Positions 1 to 10,609 of a stretch of DNA of 64,000 nucleotides are shown here, in pieces (position 1 is the first letter of the stretch; the number at the start of each line of letters is the position of its first letter). Under the pieces are notes generated by a model, which did no database searches, had not been told where the DNA came from, and saw nothing but the letters and a program-made list of their open reading frames with translations. A program made the position numbers and the translations under genes. Where the stretch lies: the NCBI GenBank assembly GCA_963755915.1, contig CAVWLP010000003.1, positions 1,344,001 to 1,408,000 on the forward strand, given 5' to 3'. This DNA comes from an uncultured Phycisphaerales bacterium (GTDB taxonomy: Bacteria > Planctomycetota > Phycisphaerae > Tepidisphaerales > Tepidisphaeraceae).

Positions 1-24
1 GACGATGCCGACTTCTAATGCCAT
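1..24 (-). CDS. N-terminus of a gene running off the window, possibly YchF-family ATPase
   Basis: Minus strand reads MALEVGIV directly after the amtB stop; resembles the YchF start (MxxxxGIVGLPN). Only 8 codons are visible. Confidence 0.4.
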
Positions 25-27
25 AAT

Positions 28-1182
28 TTACATCTCGCGCAGATGGTAACTCTTGATAGTGGTCTGCTGAAAATCAGGGTAGGCGTTAAGGTCATACTCG
101 GAGAGGTCGAGCCCTTCAAACTCATCCGCTTCGGAGCAGCGGATGCGCGTGACCAGTTTCAGACCAAAGAAAACACCCCCCGCGGCGGTGAGGGTGATGA
201 CAGCAACGATGATCAGAGCAACGAGCTGAGCGCCGAGATGGTCGAAGCGCTGGGAGAAGCTGCCGGGCTGGAGGAGGGCGATGGCCAGTGCGCCCAGGAG
301 CCCGCCGATGCCGTGGATGGCGATTCCGCCGGCCGGGTCGTCGACGTGGAAGTTCATGTCGAGCTTGACGACGGCGAAGGGGATAATCAGGCCGGCGACT
401 GCGCCGGTGAAGACGGCGCGGGAGGGAGTGAGCAGATCCGGCGCGGCGGTTATGGAGACGAGTCCGCCAAGGAGAGCGGCGTAGACGAGGAAGATGTCAT
501 GTCTGCCGTAGCGAATGGCGCAGTAGATGAAAGCCGCGACAACCGCGGCGGCGGCGGCGAGGGAGGCGTTGAGCGCGGCGTCGGCGGGGCTGGCGGACGC
601 ATATCCAGCGACGTACGGGAGCCAGGCGATGAAGATGAGTAGCAGTCCGACGGTGGCGAGGGGGAGATTGTGGGCGACGATGGCGTTGGTGGAGCCGTCG
701 CGGTTGTATTTTCCGATTCGCGGACCGACGGCAATACAAGCCACTAGCGCCGCGCAGCCGGCGGAGAAGTGGATGAAGGTTGCCCCGGCTTCGTCGATGA
801 AGCCATTGGTTACAAGCCAATTGGACTGGAGGATTTTCCAGAGAATAGGCGTGAGGAGCCCGGGCAAAAGCAGAGCGCCAGCGATAGGAACAACGGATCG
901 GGACCGTTCGATCGTCGCCCCCGAGACAACAGCCGGAGGGAGCAGAAACGTGGCGGCGATAAAGAGGGAGGCGGAGCCAACGGGGTGGGCGATTTCCTGC
1001 CAGGAGCCGTGGATGGCGGCTCCGATGGCCCACCAGGCGAGGAGTCCGAAGGCGATTTCGACGACGGAGCGAAAGAGGGTGGAGGCGGTGTTCTTGGATC
1101 GAGAGAGCCCGGCGGCGTAGACGGCGAAGGCGGCGCGAAGCAGCAGAGCGGCGGCGCCAAGCATCAACCAGGGATCGATCAT
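28..1182 (-). CDS. amtB: Ammonium transporter (Amt family)
   Basis: Polytopic membrane protein with Amt motifs: SGATIER, FIDEAGATFIH, VGPRIGKY, DDPAGGIAIHGIGG, EADEFEGLDLSE. Start taken at MIDPW. Confidence 0.9.
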   Translation of the reverse strand: MIDPWLMLGAAALLLRAAFAVYAAGLSRSKNTASTLFRSVVEIAFGLLAWWAIGAAIHGSWQEIAHPVGSASLFIAATFLLPPAVVSGATIERSRSVVPIAGALLLPGLLTPILWKILQSNWLVTNGFIDEAGATFIHFSAGCAALVACIAVGPRIGKYNRDGSTNAIVAHNLPLATVGLLLIFIAWLPYVAGYASASPADAALNASLAAAAAVVAAFIYCAIRYGRHDIFLVYAALLGGLVSITAAPDLLTPSRAVFTGAVAGLIIPFAVVKLDMNFHVDDPAGGIAIHGIGGLLGALAIALLQPGSFSQRFDHLGAQLVALIIVAVITLTAAGGVFFGLKLVTRIRCSEADEFEGLDLSEYDLNAYPDFQQTTIKSYHLREM

Positions 1183-1430
1183 GAAGGGGGATTTGTACTG
1201 GAAGGCTGGGGGAGTTGCGAGTTGCCAACCGCAGCCGGAGGCGAGGAGCGGTACACCGCGCCGGCCGGAGGCCGTTGAGCAGGATGCTTTCATCCAGTTG
1301 GGAGGCGCGTAACGGGTTGTGGGTGCGAAATTTGAACCTTGTGGGGGGGACACTATAATGCGCCCGCGCGGTCGGGATCGTTTTTAGTGGGCCGGCTTTG
1401 CGCGATGCAATGGAAAGGAGCTTCGGGCCG

Positions 1431-3085
1431 ATGGCGGACGAAGGGCAGATAATTCGCGGGATCGACTGGCGTCAGACACTTCCATTCACGCACATTTTTC
1501 GATCGTTTCGGATTGCAATCCACCCGACGAAACTACTGCTGGGATTGGCGCTGCTGATGAGCATTTATTTTGGGGGCAGGATTCTGGACGGATTCTGGCC
1601 CCTGCGCGGCGCGCGCTGCCAGGGGAGATTGAAGAATACCAGGCGATCCTCGACGGCACCGACCAGACCACCCTCCCGGTCTGGCGACAGCAGACGCGCG
1701 AGGCGATGGACGAGACCTACGCGCAGACCCTGATTACCTATCAGATCATTCCGCAGCAGAGCACAGAAACATCCGACGACTATCACGCGCGGGTGCTGGA
1801 GGAAGCGCGCAAGGGGAACTACCTCAACAAGGTGAAAGAAAAAATCGACGAGGAGCGCAACGCGGAAGTGGCGGCGGCAAAGGCGCAGTATACGGACCTG
1901 TCCAAGCGGAAGGGGGCGATCTTCGATGCCTACGGCGCGGCGGACACGCAATGGACTTCCGTTCGAGCCGTCGAGGGGAACGGGCTGTTTATCACATTTT
2001 TTGAATTTGAGATTCGGGAGCTTTCCCTGGTGGTGGACGGCGTGAAGGGGAACGATTGGCTGGCGCCGGGGGGAGTGAAGGACCACCTGTATAACTTTTT
2101 CGCGGTGGGTCCGATCTGGCTGGGGTGGCATCACACCATATTTTTCGTGATTTTCGCGGCGATATTTTTGCTCGCCTGGGCGCTGTTTGGGGGAGCGATC
2201 AGCCGAATCGCGGCGGTGCACGTGGCGCGGGATGAGAAGATTTCGCTGAGGCAGGCGATGAATTTCGCGGTGGGGAAGCTGCTGTCGTTTGCGTCGGCGC
2301 CGGTGATTCCGCTGGCGATCATCGTGGTGATCGGGCTGATCGTGGCGATCGGATCAATCATCGGCAACATACCGTTCCTGGGGCCGATCGTGGTTGGGGC
2401 GCTCTTCTTTATCGCGCTGCTGGCTGGATTCGTGATGACGCTGGTGCTGCTGGGGACGGCGGGCGGGTTTAACCTCATGTATCCGACGATTGCCGTCGAG
2501 GGGTCGGACAGTTTTGACGCGATCAGCCGGAGCTTCAGCTACGTGTATGCCCGACCCTGGCGGATGCTTTTTTATTCGCTGGTGGCGCTGGCGTATGGAG
2601 CGGCAACCTATCTGTTTGTGCGGATGTTCATCTGGCTGACGCTGGTCCTCACGCATCATTTCGTCGGGATGGGACTGGTGATCTCGGCAGACAACGGGGC
2701 CTATCTGCTCGACACAATGTGGCCGGGCCCCGCGAACACGGGACGGTTGGCGTTTGCATCCAATTACCAGGCGCTGTCGGCAGGGCAATCGATCGGGGCA
2801 TTTTTTATCAATTGCTGGGTGATGCTGCTTGTTTCGTTCCTCGGAGCGTTCGCGCTGAGCCTCTATTTTTCCGCGAATACCATCATTTATTATCTGATGC
2901 GCAGCGAAGTGGATTCGACGGAGCTTGACGACGTTTACCTGGAACAGGCGGAGGAGGAACTGGAGCCGGCGCTGAGCGCGGTGACGGCGACAGTGATGAC
3001 AGAGACGACGATTGTGACGGATTCGCCCGACGCAACGGGGGATGAACCGGGCTCCGAAGCGCCGCCTGCAGCGCCGTCAGCCTGA
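1431..3085 (+). CDS. Conserved multi-pass membrane protein (frameshift near 1600-1620)
   Basis: ORFs 1398-1733 and 1706-3085 join into one protein with many TM segments and an acidic C-terminus; AAGGAG upstream of ATG 1431. Confidence 0.75.
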
Positions 3086-3167
3086 GTGACTGGGTTCTTC
3101 GCTACTGATTGACTGGATTCTTCTCTACTGCTCTACTTTCCACTGCTCTGCGATCGCGCAAAGCGCC

Positions 3168-3241
3168 GCACCCGTAGCTCAATTGGACAGAGCATCGGTC
3201 TTCGGAACCGAGGGTTGCAGGTTCGACTCCTGCCGGGTGCA
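3168..3241 (+). tRNA. tRNA-Arg, anticodon TCG
   Basis: Cloverleaf: GCACCCG acceptor stem, GCTC/GAGC D-stem, TCGGT-CTTCGGA-ACCGA anticodon arm, GCAGG-TTCGACT-CCTGC T-arm, CGGGTGC-A end. Confidence 0.95.
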
Positions 3242-3290
3242 TTAGGAGTGACAAGGACTTACGACGGTCCTTGTGCCTGTAGACCACCGT

Positions 3291-3314
3291 TCCGTACTAA
3301 ACTCCGTACTAAAC
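3291..3314 (+). repeat. Tandem TCCGTACTAAAC x2, probable integrase arm-type binding sites (left end)
   Basis: The same motif occurs twice at 10507-10528, next to the other att copy. Confidence 0.7.
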
Positions 3315-3409
3315 TCAGGCCCTCGCTGAAAAAAATCAGCTGAGGGCCGCGAGTGCCAGACCTTGCGGTCGAGCCTTTTTCCAAAGGCCTTTTGACCGGA
3401 GATTTGGCA

Positions 3410-4318
3410 ATGTCGCGTCCCAACAAAATCTGGTTCCGTAAGGATATCGGCTGGTGGATGATCACCATTGGCGGAAAGCGCATCCGCCTGGCTGAAGGGC
3501 GGGAGAACAAGAAGCAGGCCCAGCAGAAATTCCATGAGCTGGCGGCGGAGCGTCCGCAGAAGCCGGAAGGCACGACCGCCCGCGTGGCCGACGTCATTGA
3601 AGCGTTTCTCGCCTGGAGCAAGATTCACCTCAGCGAAAACACCAACCGTAACTATCTCTGGTATGGCCAGACATTTTCCGAGCATTCCGGCTATCTGCCG
3701 GTGATCGAACTCAAACCCATTCACCTGACCCGCTGGCTCGACGAGAAGGGATGGAACCAGACGACGCAGCGGAACGCCCGCCGCTCGATTCACCGGGCCT
3801 TCGCCTGGGCTTGCGAGGAAGGCATTCTCAGCCGCAACCCGCTGCAGGGGATGAAATGCCCCAGGGCCAAGACCCGAAAACGATTCATGTCCGACGAAGA
3901 ATACCGCGCCCTGATGAGGAATTCCGCCCATGATTTCAAGCAACTGCTCTTCTCCCTTCAGCAGACGGGCTGCCGGCCGAAGGAAGCCCAGACGCTGACA
4001 TGGGAGCAGGTGCGAGAAGACCGGTGGGTGCTGACCGAACACAAGACCGCCTACAAAGTGCAGAAGCCCCGCGTCATCTACCTGAGCCTGCCCATGCGGA
4101 AACTCATGACGGTGCTGCGACGGCGAAGCACCAGTCCGTATGTGTTTCTCAACAGGCGTAAAAAGCCTTGGAACAACAATTCCATCCGGCTGCGAATTCA
4201 GCGATTGAAAATAAAATTGAAACTTCCGGAGGATCTGTGCGCCTACCTGCTCCGCCATGCGTTCGGAACCAACGCTATCCCTATGAACCAGGACACGACC
4301 GGGAGCGCCCTATACTAA
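3410..4318 (+). pseudogene. Tyrosine recombinase/integrase, C-terminally truncated
   Basis: Has TGCRPKE (catalytic R) and YLLRHAFGT (box II-like). The chain then ends in unrelated sequence without the LGH...Y catalytic segment. Confidence 0.85.
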
Positions 4319-4351
4319 ACGCAATCAATCCCTACTGAGAACACCACCGAT

Positions 4352-4828
4352 GTGGTCGGCGCACTCAGGACGAAGAAGCCATACGATGTGATCGCCATGT
4401 GGCACGTGATCGAGCATCTACCCGATCCGTGGGTGACTTTGCGGGCAGCCAATGAAAGATTGAATGTTGGCGGAATTCTTGTCCTGGCCGCGCCCAATCC
4501 GAACAGCTTTCAGTTTCAAACTCTCCGACGGCGTTGGCCGCATCTTGACGCGCCGCGTCATTTGATGCTGATCCCTCCCCGAGTTTTGATCGAGACGATG
4601 GCCTCTGCCGGAATGCAACTGGAAATGATGACCACACTGGACGAAGGGACTTGCGCGTGCAATTTGTTTGGATGGGTTTTCTTCTTTTCAAACCTTTACC
4701 CCCAGCCCGGATTGCTCAACCGAGAACTGCGGAAGTTTGGGCATAGACTCGCTCGGTTGGTCAGGCCAATCGAGAACATAGAAGGCAAAGGTAGCGCGTA
4801 CACCATGCTGTTCAGGAAAACGGCATAA
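4352..4828 (+). pseudogene. C-terminal part of a class I SAM-dependent methyltransferase
   Basis: YDVIAMWHVIEHLPDP...GGILVLAAPN motif typical of Methyltransf_23-like proteins from polysaccharide loci; the N-terminal SAM-binding GxG motif is absent. Confidence 0.75.
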
Positions 4829-4879
4829 CGCTGGAGCAATTGGCGACATCGAGGCATAATTGCGAGACGCATCCGCGCT

Positions 4880-6151
4880 TCACTGTTTCCTCAAATCCCA
4901 TTCCAGATAGGGTCGGACCGCTCCGGGGATTGGATGGGAGTGATTAGGCCTGGTGACCGTCCCTTCGCGCGAATCGACCACGTTGAACGAAAGACTGTTC
5001 CTTTCGTCGCAATGAACTGTGATTCCTTCGTCGAACGAGGAAATCGCGATCCTCACAAAGTAGCTGCCCTCGTTGAGGAAGTTACCCGGAATTGCACAGC
5101 GTGAGACGAAGATGCCCTTTTCGAAGCGTAACTTTCGCGTATCGTGGGTGACGAAGGCACATTCCCCGCCCGCCGTGTAGAAATGGAAGTTAGACACCAG
5201 CGCAGGGACATCGTTTCGAAGGACTTCAAACGTCATCTCAACCACGACCGGATCGGCGATATCAATTTCCAGGGCTACTTCGTCCCTGTCATTCTTTATT
5301 TCGCCTTTCAGCAAGGGGACAAACCTGTCGCCGACGTGCCGACCGGTGAAATCGGCGCTGGCCGGTGATGACTGCCCGCTTGTGTAATAGTGCATCACCA
5401 CTTCTGAGGTGGGTCCATCCTTCAGCACCATACCTGATTCCAAGAGAATCGCCCGGTTGCACAGGGATGTGATCGTCGGCATGCTGTGACTTACGAAAAT
5501 CACCGTGCGCCCTGCGTTGCCGATTTCTTCCATCTTGCCTAGGCATTTTTTCTGAAACTGAATGTCGCCGACGGCCAATACCTCGTCGACGATCAGAATC
5601 TCCTGCTCGAGGGTGGCAGCGACCGCAAATGCGAGGCGGACATACATGCCGCTGGAATAGCGCTTGACCGGTGTGTCCAGAAACTTCGCCACGCCGGCGA
5701 AGTCGACAATCTCATCGAACTTGCGTTTAATGTCTGCGCGGCTCATGCCGAGTATGGCCCCGTTGAGAAAGATATTCTCCCTTCCGGTCAGTTCGGGATG
5801 GAAGCCGGTTCCCACCTCCAGCAAACTGGCGACGCGCCCTCTGATCGTGATGCGCCCGGCCGTCGGTTCCGTGATACGCGACAGGACCTTTAACAGCGTC
5901 GATTTGCCCGCGCCATTTCGTCCGATGATGCCCAGGCGGTCTCCTTCATGGATGGCGAAAGTTACGTCCTTGAGCGCCCAGAATTCTTCCCGCACCTGCC
6001 GGTCGCGATCAGCTCCCGGATGAACGAGCCCTTTCACTGCACGTTTAACGCTGTTTGCCAGCACATCGCGCAGGGCCGTGTAACGCTCCTGGCGTTGATG
6101 GCGAATGGTGTATCTCTTGGAAAGATTCTCGACGGTGAGGATGGCTGCCAT
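4880..6151 (-). CDS. wzt: Polysaccharide ABC exporter ATP-binding subunit (Wzt-like, with C-terminal domain)
   Basis: Walker A GRNGAGKST, LLEVGTGFHPELTGREN, YSSGM signature, ILIVDEVLAVGD. Confidence 0.9.
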   Translation of the reverse strand: MAAILTVENLSKRYTIRHQRQERYTALRDVLANSVKRAVKGLVHPGADRDRQVREEFWALKDVTFAIHEGDRLGIIGRNGAGKSTLLKVLSRITEPTAGRITIRGRVASLLEVGTGFHPELTGRENIFLNGAILGMSRADIKRKFDEIVDFAGVAKFLDTPVKRYSSGMYVRLAFAVAATLEQEILIVDEVLAVGDIQFQKKCLGKMEEIGNAGRTVIFVSHSMPTITSLCNRAILLESGMVLKDGPTSEVVMHYYTSGQSSPASADFTGRHVGDRFVPLLKGEIKNDRDEVALEIDIADPVVVEMTFEVLRNDVPALVSNFHFYTAGGECAFVTHDTRKLRFEKGIFVSRCAIPGNFLNEGSYFVRIAISSFDEGITVHCDERNSLSFNVVDSREGTVTRPNHSHPIPGAVRPYLEWDLRKQ

Positions 6152-6327
6152 TGCATTTAGCTCTACTCCGCTTACCACCAATCACCTGAGAAGTCGTCAA
6201 TAAACTGATGCCCCGCAGGGAACCTCCCCGCACCCCTTCGCTGGCGGACCGAATCTGATGCGTCGGGTCTCGCTCCAGTTGCGCACGCCTTCGCGGAAAT
6301 CCCCGCTCAGACTCGGGGTCCCAGTTT

Positions 6328-6429
6328 AGCGACCGCTGCTCGCCGTCAAGGTCCCTCCCCAAGGGTCCCCTCCCTCCGGGCCGCTCCACCTTCCGGGGCT
6401 TCGCCCCTGACTGCTGCGCCACGGTCGCT
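6328..6429 (+). promoter_or_regulatory. Large imperfect inverted repeat upstream of ardC (Frpo/ssi-like ssDNA promoter candidate)
   Basis: AGCGACCG...GTCAAGG pairs with CCCTGAC...CGGTCGCT, with internal hairpins such as GGGGCTTCGCCCC. Confidence 0.55.
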
Positions 6430-6525
6430 GCCATTCCCTTCCCCCATCGAGGCTGAGGCGGGTGTGTGGTTGGTCCACAACCCAAAGACCTTCGGTCACT
6501 AAGTTTTTTGGAAGGAGTGTGCGTT

Positions 6526-7395
6526 ATGTCATCGTTCGATCTCTATCAATCCGTCACCGACCAGATTGTCGCCATGCTGGAAGCTGGCGTTGTCCCTTGG
6601 CGTTCACCAATCCTCGGACGATCCAAGGCCGGGTATCCCAAGAATCTCAACACTGGCAAACCGTACCGCGGCGTCAATGTCTTCCTGCTGGCGTTCACGG
6701 CTTTTGCCAAGGGGTACGGCTCGTCTTATTGGCTCACGTTTAACCAGGCCAAGGAGCGTGGCGGAATGGTCAAGAAGGGCGAGAAATCTTCGATGGTCGT
6801 TTTCTGGAAGCAGTACGAAACGACCGACAAGGAGACTGGCCAGCCGACCACCGTGCCGGTCATGCGGTATTACAACGTGTTCAATGCCGAGCAGGTTGAC
6901 GGCATCGAGATTCCCGACGCGGTGAAATTTGAGCCGATCGACTTCCAACCGATTGAAGCGGCCGAGCAGATCGCCGCTGGATATGTCGGCGGGCCAGCCG
7001 TCGGACATGACGGCGGACAGCAGGCGTTTTATCGTCCTGCCCTCGATACCGTCCACATGCCGGAGCGGACCCGTTTTGCTTCGGCGGAGGAATACTATTC
7101 GACGCTGTTTCATGAGCTTTCCCATTCGACCGGGCATAGCTCACGGCTGAATCGGAAGCTGGACACCAATCCCAAGCCGTTCGGTTCACCTGATTACGGC
7201 AAGGAGGAGCTTGTCGCGGAAATGTCCTCAGCATTTCTGTGTTCGTACGCCGGGATCCAGCCGACGGTGATTGAGAATCAGGCCGCATACCTTGCCGGAT
7301 GGCTCAAACAACTGAAATCCGATAAGAAACTGGTTGTCTCCGCCGCCGGGCATGCCCAGCGGGCAGCCGACTGGATTCGCGGCGAGAGAGGTTAA
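6526..7395 (+). CDS. ardC: ArdC-family antirestriction/ssDNA-binding protein with zincin-like C-terminal domain
   Basis: PWR..., YRGVN, WLTFNQA, VKKGEKS, YYNVFN, HELSHSTGH, EELVAE motifs; GAAGGAG RBS. Confidence 0.92.
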   Translation: MSSFDLYQSVTDQIVAMLEAGVVPWRSPILGRSKAGYPKNLNTGKPYRGVNVFLLAFTAFAKGYGSSYWLTFNQAKERGGMVKKGEKSSMVVFWKQYETTDKETGQPTTVPVMRYYNVFNAEQVDGIEIPDAVKFEPIDFQPIEAAEQIAAGYVGGPAVGHDGGQQAFYRPALDTVHMPERTRFASAEEYYSTLFHELSHSTGHSSRLNRKLDTNPKPFGSPDYGKEELVAEMSSAFLCSYAGIQPTVIENQAAYLAGWLKQLKSDKKLVVSAAGHAQRAADWIRGERG

Positions 7396-7447
7396 CCATT
7401 TCCCATTTTGGCCATGCCGCGTACAACAACTTGACGCATTCCAAAAA

Positions 7448-7960
7448 TCAGACGCGAACGATAGACGCGCCCAATCCTGTTCGGCGACGACGGGCCATCA
7501 GGCTAAGAACGCCCAAGGCCAAAACACTAAGCGAGGCAGGTTCCGGAACCGCAGTGCCGGAAACTTGCACGTCGAAAAAGCCGCTGTTATCGCTGTACTC
7601 ATCGTCATTCACGCCAAGTTGCAATTGCGAAGCGCCACTTGGCACCGTTACCGTCGCCGACAATCCGATGGGGAATGGAGTGCCGACGATATCGCCGCTG
7701 GAGTCCGCGAATGTTCCAACCAACTCCGACAAATAAATCGGATACTCCGCCGACGGCATGTAGAAGCTGGGAAACACACCGAATCCGTTCCCCGTCCCAT
7801 CGTTGGCGGCGAAATTCGTATTGCCTTGAGCATCGACAGGCGAAAATCCGGGACCCGCTACCTCGGTGCCGCTAAGGTACGTGATCGTCAACTGCTGGGA
7901 TGGCGACACGGAAATGCCGCTGGCACTCGTAATGATCGTTGGCGACGTTTGATCATTGAG
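7448..7960 (-). pseudogene. 3' fragment of a PEP-CTERM sorting-domain protein
   Basis: Ends VPEPASLSVLALGVLSLMARRRR; no signal peptide or own start, fused to the LuxR fragment. Confidence 0.75.
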
Positions 7961-8109
7961 GCCAGCGCCGCGGCAATCTGCTTGTCGCAGTGATTGCGCA
8001 GAATCAGTTCCACGATACGGATTTGCTGCGGTGGCAGCTGGAGCGTCTCCATCAATTGCTGCCATTTTTCAGCCGGAAGTGGGAGATCTGGGATGTTCTG
8101 TTCAGCCAT
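7955..8109 (-). pseudogene. N-terminal fragment of a LuxR-type HTH regulator
   Basis: LPPQQIRIVELILRNHCDKQIAAAL is the start of a LuxR HTH; the recognition helix is missing. Confidence 0.6.
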
Positions 8110-8129
8110 GACGATGCCCCGAAATAAAA

Positions 8130-8277
8130 GAGCGTCGAACCAAGGCCGCTCAGACAAGGCCCGCCAAGGCCTACGAAGAACGTACCTTGGCCGACGCCCC
8201 AATCGGGGCGCGGCTCAAGGCACTGCCTCTTCGTTTCAAACTTTGGCGGTTTAGTCTGAAGCAGCGTCTTGACGCTC
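8130..8277. promoter_or_regulatory. Second large imperfect inverted repeat (ssDNA promoter/origin-like)
   Basis: GAGCGTCGA...GCTCAGAC pairs with GTCTGAAGC...TTGACGCTC; a TTGACG hexamer lies in the stem. Confidence 0.5.
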
Positions 8278-8481
8278 GCGCGTCAATTTCAAATTGTCGT
8301 CCTGTCGTCTAAACGACGTACGGACCCGAATATCATAGGCAAATCTGTGCCAATCCGACACAGCGGATGCCGTGATCATTTTTCCGTGGTGCGTTTACGA
8401 TTTATCAACGATTTCGTGGCATGCTGGTTTTTCCGTCACCTTTTCCGGCGGAATTCATCAACTACAACCCAAGGGGGATTT

Positions 8482-8919
8482 ATGCCACGCAAGAAAGACG
8501 CAGCCCGCGAGGCCGCACAAATCGAAACCAGCGCTACCGCCACGGCGATAGCAGAACCGAACAGAAAAACCGCGCCACTGCCGATAGCGCGTCCTGCCTA
8601 TATCGACGGACCGCCGGTGACGGAAGATGGCAAAGTCATCACGTCCGCCGACCCGGAAGCCAAGAATTGGGGCGATCCATACAAGGCAATCGTGTCCACC
8701 GCGACCTTTGAAATGGGTGAGAACCGCCGCTTCAAACAGCGCGTCTTTACCTTCAAGGAAAAGCCGTCGGAGGACGTTTTGGCAGCGCTCAAGGACAATG
8801 GCTTCACTTACCGTGCCAATGAGAAGGCGTGGACGATCCAGGCGAATCCAGATACCCGCAGGCTTTCTGAGGAACTGGCCGAACAATTCGCCGGCTCGTC
8901 ACAGGCTTTGAGCCGGTGA
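8482..8919 (+). CDS. Hypothetical protein (mobile-element associated)
   Basis: Clean 145-aa ORF with GGGGGA RBS; the C-terminal ALKDNGFTYR...KAW motif resembles small mobile-element proteins. Confidence 0.65.
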   Translation: MPRKKDAAREAAQIETSATATAIAEPNRKTAPLPIARPAYIDGPPVTEDGKVITSADPEAKNWGDPYKAIVSTATFEMGENRRFKQRVFTFKEKPSEDVLAALKDNGFTYRANEKAWTIQANPDTRRLSEELAEQFAGSSQALSR

Positions 8920-9326
8920 CACGTCGCGGCCACAGCGGGCGAAGTTTTGATCCGCAGCAGTTCCAGATCGACTGGAGCAGGGCAAATGCCTCGCCGCCAG
9001 AATCGCGGGCAAGAACGGAAGGCCCGGCCATCCAGCCGCCTTCCGTTCGGGCCGACGGTTTGACGTTACGGCTTAAATGGGATTTCCGCACGACGTTCCC
9101 GGAGCCGACCGAACAGGCCATTGAGGTCGGCACGATCAGCGCCGAGGACCTGCACCCCGAGGGTATCCGCAGCATCCACGAGGAGCAGACCCGCGAAATG
9201 CTGGCGACGCTGCCTGTCTGGTGTTTATCGAACTCGCTGAATTGGTTCCTGCGGATGCGGTCGAAAATTTATGTCTCGAAATCGCCCAATTTATTTCGAT
9301 TGCTCCGACTGATGGCAGTGCAATAG
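8916..9326 (+). pseudogene. Hypothetical protein, probably truncated/chimeric near 9210
   Basis: Overlaps the previous stop (GTGA); composition shifts abruptly at ~9210. Confidence 0.45.
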
Positions 9327-10450
9327 GCTGGCCAGCACTTTTGCAGCGCCGCTCCATTCTCGCTCGCCATTATTTCGACCATTTCTCCTGTCAGGGCGTA
9401 GGCCCCAACTCGGAACGGCTCGCCGTGTTCAGCTGGTGGCTCGCGGACCGAGTGGAATCGGTTCTCACCACGAATCAAGAGCTTGCGAACAAGCTTACCG
9501 AGACCTTTATTGCGGAGTCTATCCATTGGTCCACCATCGGCGCGGACCTCATACATCCGCGATTGGAATTGTCCGATTTTGCATGCGCTACGAAATTTCT
9601 TTCGCCCACATGGATATTGGCCTTGCAGTGTCAATTACATGGCCGTGTTGGAGCGATCGCAGATCAGAAATTGCTCTCGCTGCTACAGCGCGCGTTGGAA
9701 AAAATGATAAAGGCGCTCGGCACAACGGATGAAAAGGCCCCGTCAGATCCCATCGGTCTTGGGTTAGCCAGGAGCAATTTGACGATGTTCCCGGCGTCCG
9801 CAAAGTCCCCTGACCATTGCGTTTATGGCTTTGACGCCGGAGTGGGGGAGGTTGTCGACGCATGGACGAAAATCACGCAAGATGAATCGACAAAGAAACT
9901 GCTCGAATTTTCAAAGCAGGCGCGGGATGTTAACACCCAACCGAATAGCCTGATTGACGCGCTACGCCAACTCAGTGATCGCAATGAAAGCGACCAAGTT
10001 TTCGTGTCCGGTGTCTTGCGATCGCAAGTAATCCAGGGACTAGCACCGCGGGATGAGGTGTGGAATTTGCTTGTGCAACAGGAATGGCGAGAAAAAACGT
10101 TCAATGGCTTGGTACAGCATGCCCTTGAGCTGTTTTTGGAATCTCTTGCGGAACTCCAAGCTCAGGCTGACGATCGATGGAGGGTTAACTTACCTCACAT
10201 ATTGGCCGCTGCCTGCGAATCCGCAAAGGACACAACGCGACAGCGGCTCCTATTCGCGCAAACCGTTATCACCTCAGCGGCGACGAATACAGATAGCGCG
10301 ATTCGACGTTTGCTGACGGGTCCACAGCGACACCAGTTAATCTCAGAACGCGAGTTCTGGCGAGACCAACTTCGCGGCGCAATTCCCAATGTGCTGCCGT
10401 GGGTAGTGGGAAGAATCAGATCAATTCTACCCGCGCTTGACAGCCTTTAA
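9221..10450 (+). CDS. Hypothetical helical protein, probably a C-terminal fragment of a larger gene
   Basis: 409-aa ORF with lower GC and no clear RBS/start. Confidence 0.55.
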   Translation: MFIELAELVPADAVENLCLEIAQFISIAPTDGSAIGWPALLQRRSILARHYFDHFSCQGVGPNSERLAVFSWWLADRVESVLTTNQELANKLTETFIAESIHWSTIGADLIHPRLELSDFACATKFLSPTWILALQCQLHGRVGAIADQKLLSLLQRALEKMIKALGTTDEKAPSDPIGLGLARSNLTMFPASAKSPDHCVYGFDAGVGEVVDAWTKITQDESTKKLLEFSKQARDVNTQPNSLIDALRQLSDRNESDQVFVSGVLRSQVIQGLAPRDEVWNLLVQQEWREKTFNGLVQHALELFLESLAELQAQADDRWRVNLPHILAAACESAKDTTRQRLLFAQTVITSAATNTDSAIRRLLTGPQRHQLISEREFWRDQLRGAIPNVLPWVVGRIRSILPALDSL

Positions 10451-10609
10451 CATGTCCATGATTTATAATCGTTATTGCGCCAATCGCAATGTTCGATGCG
10501 TCATTGCCGTACTAAACACGTACTAAACGCTTGAAAAACATGTAAAAATATGTAATCTATACAAATCGTAACGCTCGTATTCGCAAGCGTTTCTGGCTTA
10601 ACGGAATAA

